Below, in pieces: positions 50,024 to 58,601 of a DNA stretch of 64,000 bases (its first letter is position 1; every line of letters starts with the position of its first letter). The DNA is taken from the IMG/VR virus record IMGVR_UViG_3300041407_000075, positions 26,163 through 90,162 of that record, one strand, 5' to 3'. Both the position numbers and the translations under genes were made by a program. Source of the DNA: a virus. The notes under the pieces are model-generated. The model had not been told where the DNA came from. It saw only the letters and a list, made by a program, of their open reading frames with translations, and ran no database searches.

Positions 50024-50241
50024 TATTTATTTCCTTTCTCTAGTAGTTTAATTATGCCTTCATAGCTAATGCAATCGTTTGTGTCGAATGTTCCAAGACC
50101 TGTTAGCAATAAATCAAAGTCTTCGACCTCTATTGGTCCTACACAATGATCATTTCCACAGCCACCTAGCCGTTCAAAGTCTGTCAATGTGTCATAAGGT
50201 TTACCATTTGAGCAGCATACTTTCATGTTCAACACTCCCAA
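50023..50241 (-). CDS. hypothetical Cys-rich protein, chimeric paralogue
   Basis: VCCSN.KP...DHCVGPIEVED.DLLL shared with 50529-50903. Confidence 0.65.
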   Translation of the reverse strand: MGVLNMKVCCSNGKPYDTLTDFERLGGCGNDHCVGPIEVEDFDLLLTGLGTFDTNDCISYEGIIKLLEKGNK

Positions 50242-50313
50242 ACAAGTGGTTCAACTGGATACTCTGAAAAATAGTATCCTGTGTTTTCAGCCACTCTATA
50301 AAGTCTTTAACTT

Positions 50314-50532
50314 TCATTCTTGTTCCCCACTCATAAAGTCTTGTGTAGTTCTACCAATACGGTATCTTACATGATCAATGCTGCAATATGTACTTGTAAT
50401 TGATGCCCCTACCGTTCCTGTGCTAAACCTACCATTAGCACTAGCACAGGCTGCTTTAGCTGCGTTAAGTTCAGACAAGTCATAACCACACCCTGCAAGC
50501 ATTAGAAACCCAACCAAACAGATGTATTTCAT
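50314..50532 (-). CDS. putative lipoprotein
   Basis: Signal peptide with lipobox LAGC. Confidence 0.7.
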   Translation of the reverse strand: MKYICLVGFLMLAGCGYDLSELNAAKAACASANGRFSTGTVGASITSTYCSIDHVRYRIGRTTQDFMSGEQE

Positions 50533-50903
50533 TTCCGCATCACTCCCTCTTCCTTTCCATCAATAATATCAAGCAATCTCACTAGATCAACCCTTGTGTA
50601 AAACGTCTCCTCTGTTGGGCCTAAGTAGCTTATGTGGAGGAGGGTGTTGTTTGGTGGATCAGTGATGACGAAGATTTCGTCTATGTCTTTGTGACGAAAT
50701 GTGTGGGTCATTTGTTGGTAATCCTTTTCTAAACCACCATTAAGTATTGGCACATCTTCTGGGTTAAAGGTCTTAAAACCTACCAAGAGAAGGTCGTAGT
50801 CTTCCACTTCAATCGGCCCGACACAATGGTCGTGATTACAAGCCAGTCTGTGTAGTTCAGACATTTCTAATATTGGCTTACGGTTACTACAACACACCCT
50901 CAT
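50529..50903 (-). CDS. hypothetical Cys-rich protein
   Basis: VCCSNRKP...HDHCVGPIEVEDYDLLL. Confidence 0.65.
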   Translation of the reverse strand: MRVCCSNRKPILEMSELHRLACNHDHCVGPIEVEDYDLLLVGFKTFNPEDVPILNGGLEKDYQQMTHTFRHKDIDEIFVITDPPNNTLLHISYLGPTEETFYTRVDLVRLLDIIDGKEEGVMRK

Positions 50904-51160
50904 TACCCTTCATCCCCAACCTGATACATGGAATACTCCGTATCAATCCAGTCGCGAATCACTTCAATCCACATAGCTTGCTCAATCTTTTTATCATCCT
51001 TCATGTCTTGAATCAATTCTTTGCTCAGTTGTAAAGCTTTCTCCAAACCTTCCCGATAACCTTGACGGAACTCGAAACTTTCATTCTCATGTGTATACAT
51101 TTCTTCAGTCATTTTAAACTTCCTCGTTGTATTTAGATACATATAGGTATTCTTTGTCAA
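50903..51160 (-). CDS. hypothetical protein
   Basis: In-operon ORF. Confidence 0.5.
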   Translation of the reverse strand: MTKNTYMYLNTTRKFKMTEEMYTHENESFEFRQGYREGLEKALQLSKELIQDMKDDKKIEQAMWIEVIRDWIDTEYSMYQVGDEG

Positions 51161-51544
51161 CTACTTTATTTTCTTCAATCATTTTCCATATTCTCCTTTT
51201 TGAGCTGTAAGCCAACACAGTAATATAGGAAATGTTGAAAAATCTCATGACCCTCTAGAGGTATGCCTGCCAATTTTATTAACGTACTAAATTCTTTATA
51301 TGTCATCTCTTCTCTCCTTTCTGTATTTGATGAACCAATCTTACACCCATCATTCAAGGAAAGCAAGCTCCTTGGTGAAGAATTTAGATTAGTTTGGAAT
51401 AAGGAGAATTTCTGATTGGGGGTTGATAGAGAACGACGAACGGTTAATTATTTTCTACGAAAGCTTGACAATGAGTCATCAATAGTGAGAAGATGAATAT
51501 GGATGAGGAAATGATATGCGAGTCTACTTAATTTATCCTATACC

Positions 51545-51800
51545 TATAGGACAAAAGATCCCACATGTATAGGATAAAATGTCTCTTTATATAGAATGAT
51601 TAAGATAGAAAGAAAAATATAGATTTTAAAGCTTTATAAGACAAAAGATCCTATACTACCCAAACAGCTTGAAAAGCGAAAAGCATGATTTTGATTTGTG
51701 GTATTTAGGTTTGTATCGTGCAAGGCTCTTGCTCCTCCGTTGTTTGGTGCAAGAACGAAGTGATAGAGAAAGAAACGAGTATAGGATAAAATGTCCTATA
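51545..51800. repeat. four iteron/operator-like repeats TATAGGA-N7-TCCTATA in an AT-rich strand-switch region
   Basis: Copies start at 51545, 51568, 51635 and 51780; the last has perfectly matched arms. Confidence 0.8.
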
Positions 51801-51831
51801 CATATGAGATAAATAAAGTAGGAGATACAAA

Positions 51832-51957
51832 ATGAGCTTGATTATCCCTCGACCACTGCTTTCTTGGATTGATGAGAATCGTGGTGATATGAGTAGACAA
51901 TCTTTTATTCTTAAATGCATGTTCAAGCTAAAGGAGATTCAAGATATGAGTAAATAA
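51832..51957 (+). CDS. ribbon-helix-helix (CopG-like) protein, 41 aa
   Basis: MSLIIPRPLLSWIDENRGDMSRQSFILKCM...; AGGAG RBS; RHH pattern; not in the ORF track. Confidence 0.65.
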   Translation: MSLIIPRPLLSWIDENRGDMSRQSFILKCMFKLKEIQDMSK

Positions 51958-52015
51958 AATAAATGCTTCATAAAAACTATAGATTTACAGATCCAATAAC
52001 TAAAGGTACACAAAT

Positions 52016-52498
52016 GTGAATACAGATGAGTTTTATAAATTACCTAAAAGCCTAGCAATGGCAGATGGGTATATCAGTAAGAAGACAGGCGAAGCTGTAA
52101 AGCTTTCAGCCAGTGGAAAGATTATTTATGCGTACATGCTGAGTAAGAATGAGTTCTTTACTGAAACTCTGAAAGGTCAGCATTATGAAGCTCAAGCTAC
52201 AATCGCTAAATGTTGTGGTGTTGAGTATAAAGCAGCAGGAACAATCCTAAGATCATTTCTTTACCATGAGGTTATGGAAGGTAAGAAACTTAAACCTGAT
52301 GCGGGGCAGTGGCGATGGTTTTACTATAAGGTTCATTCTGATTTGATATTGTGGGAAGGTAGTATTCAAGACTTCCGATTAATCGAAGAAGAAAAGCCTA
52401 AGTATGCGGAGAAAGTGGTGTCTAAACCGACGATAGCGAAGAAACCATACCAACACCAACCTGAGCCCGAATGGGACGATAGTCAATTACCTTTTTAG
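52016..52498 (+). CDS. winged-helix replication-initiator-like protein
   Basis: FYKLPKSL, LS.SGKIIY..ML, Q..IA..CG HTH; acidic tail WDDSQLPF. Confidence 0.6.
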   Translation: MNTDEFYKLPKSLAMADGYISKKTGEAVKLSASGKIIYAYMLSKNEFFTETLKGQHYEAQATIAKCCGVEYKAAGTILRSFLYHEVMEGKKLKPDAGQWRWFYYKVHSDLILWEGSIQDFRLIEEEKPKYAEKVVSKPTIAKKPYQHQPEPEWDDSQLPF

Positions 52499-52504
52499 GA
52501 GTAA

Positions 52505-53272
52505 ATGAGAATGACCAAACTAGAGAAAAAGAATATGAAACGTGGGGATATCTACAACACAAAAAATGGCGATTTGGAAATTCGAGTGGTCATCAGTGCT
52601 AATGAGGTTGTGGTCAGGTTTGTAGATACAGACTATTTTACAATTACCACTAAATCTAATATTTGCAGCGGTAAGATTAAAGATCTGATGAAACCAAGTG
52701 TTTTTGGTATTGGTTTTATGGGTGCAGGTAAATATAATATAAATAATGCACCGACAGCCTACCAAAAGTGGACATCCATGCTTCAGAGGTGCTATCGGGA
52801 GAATTCCATTAGCTGGGAACGGTATGGAGGTAATGGGGTTACTGTTGCGGAAGAGTGGCATAACTTCCAAAACTTTGCAGAGTGGTACGAGAGTTACAAA
52901 TATAAGGAGGATGGGTGGCACCTAGATAAAGACATCCTCATAAAAGGTAATAAACTGTATTGCAAAGAATCCTGCTGTATTGTACCTAGAATTATAAACC
53001 AATCTCTCGTCTCTAGAGTTGGACTGAGGGGTGAGTATGCAATTGGAGTTACGTGGGATGAAAAAGCTAGCAGATACTCTGTAATGCTAAATGCTCACCA
53101 TACACACTACAAAGCATTTCGACAGATGTACAGGAGCGAGCGTGAAGCATTTATGGAGTACAAAGCCGCAAAAGAAAGTTATCTTGTTGCATTAGCATAT
53201 GAATGGAGGGGGCGTGTAGCCCCTAAAGTATTGAAAGCCTTAGTAGAGTATGAAGTTGAATGGAACGATTAA
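52505..53272 (+). mobile_element. HNH homing endonuclease
   Basis: GKIKD...PSVFGIG, W..MLQRCY, WHNFQNFAEW, HLDKDIL.KGNKLY. Confidence 0.88.
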
Positions 53273-53454
53273 TTGAAGATTTGTGTGAACATTGCGGCGA
53301 GTTAGAAGACTTATGCCCATGTTATTTTTCTGATTATGTATTTGAAGAGTTTGAATTTAAACCCCGATTTGAATACGCATTCGAACATTTAACCAATGAA
53401 AACAGCATATTTAAAAAGAATTTGCCAATAAAGTAACTAAAATAACTTACCCTA

Positions 53455-53483
53455 TTGCTTTTTACTAGAATAGGGTATATAAT
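53455..53483 (+). promoter_or_regulatory. sigma70 promoter
   Basis: TTGCTT-17-TATAAT. Confidence 0.65.
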
Positions 53484-53921
53484 TTCTCTTATGAACTGAG
53501 GAAATCTCAATGAACGAAGAATACGATGGTTTGATTGATAGTTGGAAAGATTATATTTCCGGTGTTGGTGAAGGTTGTACAAATGAATGGGTATGACTCC
53601 TGAATCCTTTACATACTGGCCCCAAGGCTTCGTAGAACTCTCTGAGTCTGATGCAGTCCCTAATGAAAAACAATGGTTGATGATTAAAGATCATTTGAAA
53701 CTTGTGTTTGATAAAAAGACGCCTGAGCGTGCTTTTGAAATTAAACCTTAAATTAATCTAGGTGACGGTGTTGATTACAAAAGGTTGTCTGACTTGATTG
53801 GTAAGAAAGCTGATCCTAGCTATTGGCAATTTGATCCTTATCAAGTGACTTGTTAAAAGTTTAACAAACTGACCACACTTATCCATCAACGGTGGATGCT
53901 AATGTGCAAAAGGTCAGTATT

Positions 53922-54004
53922 GCGGGTAAACATGCTGTCTTAACTATTTGTGAAGCGCTTCACGGTAGAAAGGTCGAGGGTTGGATTCCCTAATAACCGC
54001 TCCA
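53922..54004 (+). ncRNA. tRNA-like RNA lacking a canonical anticodon loop
   Basis: Acceptor GCGGGTA/TAACCGC + TCCA; T arm AGGG-TTGGATT-CCCT; central stem GTGAA/TTCAC with a 4-nt loop. Confidence 0.5.
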
Positions 54005-54006
54005 AT

Positions 54007-54091
54007 TTTGAAGTGTAGGCGAAAGCCCCGAAGTCGATACCGGGTCAGAGAATGATTACTGGCAGCTCCATGAAAAGAGTGACACTTCAAA
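54007..54091 (+). ncRNA. multi-branch structured RNA
   Basis: 10-bp closing stem TTTGAAGTGT/ACACTTCAAA around about four short hairpins including GGC-GAAA-GCC. Confidence 0.6.
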
Positions 54092-54141
54092 TTAGTTTCA
54101 CCCCAACACGAAGATCAAATTCTAGAAAGTTGGGTTTCTCC

Positions 54142-54308
54142 GTCGCTATCCTCTCTCTTATGGCGACTCTTAAAGATTAGGGTTTCTCTCCTCCCCAAAG
54201 TCTTTACTCATTGGTGCTGCCTCTCCTCAGCTATCAGTGAGCTTTCTAAATAATCTTGTTGTTCTATAACGATAATACCAGTGATCTGGTCAGGGTTATT
54301 TAGAAAGT
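54142..54308 (+). ncRNA. tandem-hairpin RNA with CU-rich (anti-SD) loops
   Basis: Hairpins 54142-67, 54171-206, 54207-41 and 54242-308; G-U pairs indicate the plus strand. Confidence 0.65.
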
Positions 54309-54345
54309 ATTATTCCTCATGTGTTTTGTATATACCTAGTCGGGT

Positions 54346-54417
54346 TCCAGTTAGTTCAGAGGTAGAACACTCTTGATGAAAAGAGAGGATAGTCGGCGAG
54401 TCAGATAAGCCACTGGA
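54346..54417 (+). ncRNA. degenerate tRNA-like RNA
   Basis: Acceptor TCCAGT/ACTGGA; canonical D arm AGTTCAGAGGTAGAAC; stem CTCTT/AAGAG with a 6-nt loop; no TTC T-loop. Confidence 0.45.
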
Positions 54418-54455
54418 CAGAACACAGCAGAAATATTATTTATAGGTAAAGTATA

Positions 54456-54857
54456 ATGGCTAATAAAAAAGAACAAACTGAAGCTCAGAAGAAGACTAGG
54501 TTTGATGGTGAGAAATCTAACCGGAATGTCCGGGGCAACAGTAAAATTCGAATCCAGAAGTCCAAGTTGCGTGATACTGCCTCCAAACTTCGTGAAATTG
54601 AACCAACTGCACTTGAGAATATTAAGAATAGTGTAGAAGGTAAAGATGTTGAAGCTAAGATGCTTTCTACTTCACAATGGGTGATTACGTCAATCATCGC
54701 GCTGGACCGTGCAGCAGCAGGTGAGGAAGCTTCTCTAACTAAGCTTCGTATGGAAGGTAAGCGAGACGATTCCGATGATGAACAAGAAGTTGCAGAGATT
54801 GTAAAACTTGTTCCTCGTTTGAAGCTTACATTTGATGAGCCTAAAGTAACAGAATAA
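54456..54857 (+). CDS. possible terminase small subunit
   Basis: KTRF..E.S.RN..G N-terminus, helical core, upstream of terL; mainly a positional inference. Confidence 0.45.
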   Translation: MANKKEQTEAQKKTRFDGEKSNRNVRGNSKIRIQKSKLRDTASKLREIEPTALENIKNSVEGKDVEAKMLSTSQWVITSIIALDRAAAGEEASLTKLRMEGKRDDSDDEQEVAEIVKLVPRLKLTFDEPKVTE

Positions 54858-54866
54858 AAGAATTAC

Positions 54867-54940
54867 GCGATTAAGCTCAAGGTGAGTCGTCACCCTTCCA
54901 AGGTGTACAGAGTAGATTTCGATTATCTCTAGTCGCTCCA
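54867..54940 (+). tRNA. tRNA-Gly (TCC)
   Basis: Acceptor GCGATTA/TAGTCGC, U discriminator + CCA, anticodon loop CT-TCC-AA, T-loop TTCGATT. Confidence 0.78.
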
Positions 54941-55166
54941 AACACAGCTTCGGCTTGTGTATCTGAGAACTTGCCTAGTTCATTCAGAAAGCTAATCTGG
55001 CGGTTAGCTAAAAATCTTAGCCAGCTTAAGAACTGGACGGTTGACCCTCGTTACTGTGTCGTGTGGAGAAGGTAGGTTTACTTTTAGAACCTAAGAGTCT
55101 GGTTTCCGGGTAGGTGGGAGAATCAGCACTTATTATTCAATCAGCAGCTAATCTCAAGGTATTAAT

Positions 55167-55469
55167 ATGGCACAAAGTACAATTTTAGCTGCTGGTATTA
55201 CAGAAGCGACTTCAACAGATATCGTTATTGCAGCAGGTGCTTCAGTGGTGGTTGGTGTATTCTTTCTAGACGCTGATAAGCCTCTATCTTACCAAGAGCA
55301 AAACGCACCTAAGTTTAAGATCCTTCAAGACACTCCCGGAGCTGACAATGCTGTATTCGTCGCATTGAGCTATAGCAACCCCTCCACTGTCTTGTCTGGT
55401 CCCGGCACTTATCGTGTGAAGCGTTATGCTTATGTTGGCAAACCTTTTGGTGTATTTCTAGAGACTTAA
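55167..55469 (+). CDS. hypothetical protein, probably virion-associated
   Basis: Beta-rich; LSGPGTYRV.R; AAGG RBS. Confidence 0.6.
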   Translation: MAQSTILAAGITEATSTDIVIAAGASVVVGVFFLDADKPLSYQEQNAPKFKILQDTPGADNAVFVALSYSNPSTVLSGPGTYRVKRYAYVGKPFGVFLET

Positions 55470-55473
55470 TTTT

Positions 55474-56862
55474 ATGATGACTCATGATATTACATCTTCA
55501 GTTATCAGTTCTATTTCAAGACCTCCTCATATCTTCAAACTAAAGCATTCTGTCTTAACTCCTGATCCCACAACTACACCCTTCACATCATCTCAGTTCG
55601 TTCCAGGCTTTGCAGGCTCTCTTAATACAACTAAGAATACTGCTCGTGTATACGCCTACGGTGCTTTGACATTGTGGTGTGGATGGATTACAGGGACGCA
55701 AGCGTTGCTTACATCTCCATCAGATTATGGTGACAACGCCGGGTCTATGCAAGTGAGTGTAGATGGTGGCGACTTCATCAGCGCTCCTAATTCTGCATCT
55801 GTATACACTCTCTTCACAGGTCTTCCTCACGCTACCTACTTTGTTCAAGTCAGGTGGGTAGTGCAGATGGGTGATGCTCCTTATGTAGCATCCTCGGGAA
55901 ATGTCTTGAGTGTTACAGGTCAACCTCCAGCACTTGTTGCAGCATCTAATTGGATTCAGGCAGGCAGTGATTCAGCTACAGGATTGTACTCTGCGGGGAC
56001 CATACCGAACGTTGCAGGATATTCCCCGCTTCTACAAGCACCAAGTAATGTAACCAGTGGTTCTAACGTGGGCTCTGTGAAGATACGTGGTGCATTCACT
56101 AAGATTGTAGCTACATCCTCTAGAGTTGGTGTGAGTAAGAATGGTGGTACACCCACTTATTACACAGCTGCTCCTGAAGCTGATGGTGTTCCTCGTGCTA
56201 TTGTTATTCCTTGTGATGGCTCTGTAGCCACATATAACGTGTGGGATGGTGGTGCATTCAGAGAGCTTGGTGGACATTTTGCTGTAAGTGGCAATAGTAC
56301 ACTGCTTGATATTGGTGTCCGAAGAAAGCTTGACCAGTTTGGTGACAGCATCACTTACGGATCTGGTCCGGGAGCTACCTCAGTCAACACTGAGACAATG
56401 CACGTAGCAGCAGCACTTGGGTTTGTTGGTAGCACGAATGGTGTTAGTGGACAAACAGTAGGTGGTGGTAAGGCAATGATTGATGCCGCCTTGGCTATGA
56501 AGACTGTAACAGCCAATGATGTAGCAATTCTAGCACTAGGTGGTAACAGCGGGTCTGGTGGCATTGATAGCACAGAACAAGCTGATTATGGATTGTGTAT
56601 TGATAAGCTGCTGGCTAAAGGATATGGCAAAGTATTGTGTCGTGGGATTCTGCCAAACATTGGTGCTCCAGAACTGGTTAATGCTGCAAACGTCACATTG
56701 AAAGCTGTGATGGATGCTAAAGCTAATCCTAAGCTTATCTGGATTGATACCCTCACATGGACAGACTTTGAGACATTGGATAATACGCATCCTACGGCTA
56801 ATGGTTATCTTACATTGGCAGGTTATGCTATCCCGGCTTATACGGCTGTCTTGGGGTTGTAA
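55474..56862 (+). CDS. SGNH/GDSL esterase with N-terminal beta domains
   Basis: FGDSIT (Ser), GVSG, LGGN, DNTHP (DxxH). Confidence 0.8.
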   Translation: MMTHDITSSVISSISRPPHIFKLKHSVLTPDPTTTPFTSSQFVPGFAGSLNTTKNTARVYAYGALTLWCGWITGTQALLTSPSDYGDNAGSMQVSVDGGDFISAPNSASVYTLFTGLPHATYFVQVRWVVQMGDAPYVASSGNVLSVTGQPPALVAASNWIQAGSDSATGLYSAGTIPNVAGYSPLLQAPSNVTSGSNVGSVKIRGAFTKIVATSSRVGVSKNGGTPTYYTAAPEADGVPRAIVIPCDGSVATYNVWDGGAFRELGGHFAVSGNSTLLDIGVRRKLDQFGDSITYGSGPGATSVNTETMHVAAALGFVGSTNGVSGQTVGGGKAMIDAALAMKTVTANDVAILALGGNSGSGGIDSTEQADYGLCIDKLLAKGYGKVLCRGILPNIGAPELVNAANVTLKAVMDAKANPKLIWIDTLTWTDFETLDNTHPTANGYLTLAGYAIPAYTAVLGL

Positions 56863-56923
56863 GTGAAATTACTAGACAAGTTTATAAATATTCATTCCAA
56901 ATCAAAATAATAAAAGGAATGCT

Positions 56924-57766
56924 ATGAGTGTACATAGGCTACAAACAACTGGTTGGATTAACTTATCCACCCTCACATCTCTAGACTTTACACTCAATAC
57001 CATAAAGCTTACAAACCTAAGTAACGGTGCGTTATACGTCACACGTTCAGCCACTACTCCAGCAGACTCCTTTGCAGGAGCTGAAATCTTTCCAAAAGAA
57101 ACCTACTCCCTCACAAAGAATGCTTTGCAGACGTGGATTAGGGCACCCTTCCTTGGTGTGATTGATGTTGACCTACTTCTGGATAGTTCTATTGAACCAT
57201 TCACCTCTGTAGATCTTCCTTCTGATGTATGGACCACAAAGACAGAGGAATATAGGCGCCTTAGGGTGGATGTTGGTCAGACAGGTTTCTTCGAAGGTAG
57301 GGAGTTTCGTACATTCAAGGAGCTAAGTATTGCTTCTAGCGCTACATTGGTAATGAGAATTATAGTTCCTGTGAATACAATACTTCAGAACGTTAGACTT
57401 TCCCTAGACGCAGGGTCTGTCAAACTACGTACTGTAGTTGGTGGTACACCGACGGGCACATTCTCAGAAGCTCTCCCAATCATCCCCAAGAATACTATGA
57501 CTGGCAGTGTATTTCCAGCTCCTCCACTACCCTTGTACACAGCTCAGAATACTGTCGGGTCGGGCGCAACAGCCCTGACAGGTGGTGTTGACATTGATGT
57601 CATCCGTATTGTTGTGGCTAACGCAAGTGGTCAAGCACAGTCTGTCGGTGCTTCTGTAGATGATTCTCGTGGAGTAGGTCCGGGAACTTACTATTGGATT
57701 TTCAATAACTTTGGCAGTGGTACGGCTACAGGTGTGTTCTCAAGTTTTTGGGAAGAGCGTCCTTAA
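56924..57766 (+). CDS. hypothetical protein, probably virion-associated
   Basis: Beta-rich 280-aa ORF; AAGGA RBS. Confidence 0.65.
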   Translation: MSVHRLQTTGWINLSTLTSLDFTLNTIKLTNLSNGALYVTRSATTPADSFAGAEIFPKETYSLTKNALQTWIRAPFLGVIDVDLLLDSSIEPFTSVDLPSDVWTTKTEEYRRLRVDVGQTGFFEGREFRTFKELSIASSATLVMRIIVPVNTILQNVRLSLDAGSVKLRTVVGGTPTGTFSEALPIIPKNTMTGSVFPAPPLPLYTAQNTVGSGATALTGGVDIDVIRIVVANASGQAQSVGASVDDSRGVGPGTYYWIFNNFGSGTATGVFSSFWEERP

Positions 57767-57834
57767 GTTGTTTTATAGATAACTCTTGAAATATAGAGTT
57801 ATTTGTTAAAATAGCTAAATATATTTGCAATAAG

Positions 57835-57864
57835 CTTGACAAACGACTGTTGTGTAGCGTAATA
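57835..57864 (+). promoter_or_regulatory. sigma70-like promoter
   Basis: TTGACA-~18-TAATAT. Confidence 0.5.
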
Positions 57865-57900
57865 TCTCTTTTATGAATTGAACACAACAGGAGAGATTAA

Positions 57901-58245
57901 ATGAACGAATATAAAGTACTAGTTACAGGCAACGACGGCATTGGTTATAACTTTATTCAAAACGTTGTTGAGCTAGCAAACATGGGTGCTGTGATGGAAG
58001 CTGGTAAAGTTCCAACAATGCGTTTCCCTTTCTCAGCTTGGATGTACCTCAAGACTGATGAATTGATGGTTAGCAAGCCCGGTTTCCAGTTCCAGATTAT
58101 GCAAGAGGTCTTTACAAAAGATCAACTTGATGATATGGATTGGGATACGTTGAAGGCAACTGTTAAGAAGAAGTATGGTATTAGTGGTCGGGATCGAAAT
58201 TTGCTTATTACTCAGTATTTGAAAGCAAGTGGTCAAGTAGAATAA
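57901..58245 (+). CDS. hypothetical protein
   Basis: AGGAGA RBS; followed by hairpin GTAGCC-TGCG-GGCTAC. Confidence 0.7.
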   Translation: MNEYKVLVTGNDGIGYNFIQNVVELANMGAVMEAGKVPTMRFPFSAWMYLKTDELMVSKPGFQFQIMQEVFTKDQLDDMDWDTLKATVKKKYGISGRDRNLLITQYLKASGQVE

Positions 58246-58286
58246 AACAAAACGTAGCCTGCGGGCTACTCCTTAACTGAAGGTTC

Positions 58287-58598
58287 ATGAGAACCGGAGA
58301 ATATAAAATGCATAAAGTAGAATTTAAAGTCCGTCCTGTAACTCGATATATTGTTAGTGAATACCATAGCTACTCTGATGATCCTAAATACGGATCTTCT
58401 CAAGTATGTGGCGAGTTTCAGAACGTACAGTTGGCTAACCAAGCTTGTGATGCTCTTGCACACAATTATGTTGGTGGCCCTGAGAATACACAACTTGAAA
58501 TCTTCTATAAGTTGTTCAGTCATGATTATGATTCTGATGAGCTTATTTGGGTACAAGTTGCAAACCCTCGCTACCATAGTGTAGTAAAAGAGGGTTAA
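58287..58598 (+). CDS. hypothetical protein
   Basis: GGAG RBS before an internal ATG (MHKVEF). Confidence 0.6.
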   Translation: MRTGEYKMHKVEFKVRPVTRYIVSEYHSYSDDPKYGSSQVCGEFQNVQLANQACDALAHNYVGGPENTQLEIFYKLFSHDYDSDELIWVQVANPRYHSVVKEG

Positions 58599-58601
58599 GT
58601 T

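Noticed and set aside
51545-51800. CRISPR mini-array
   Set aside because: Repeats are short, degenerate and irregularly spaced (23, 67 and 145 bp); no cas genes; they fit protein-binding boxes better
53922-54004. tRNA-Sec, because of a TTCA sequence
   Set aside because: TTCA lies in a stem of the palindrome, not in a 7-nt loop; no Sec-type long arms
54142-54241. Minus-strand RsmY/RsmZ-like RNA with GGA loops
   Set aside because: Stems contain several G-U pairs on the plus strand that become A-C mismatches on the minus strand; flanking genes and tRNA are on the plus strand
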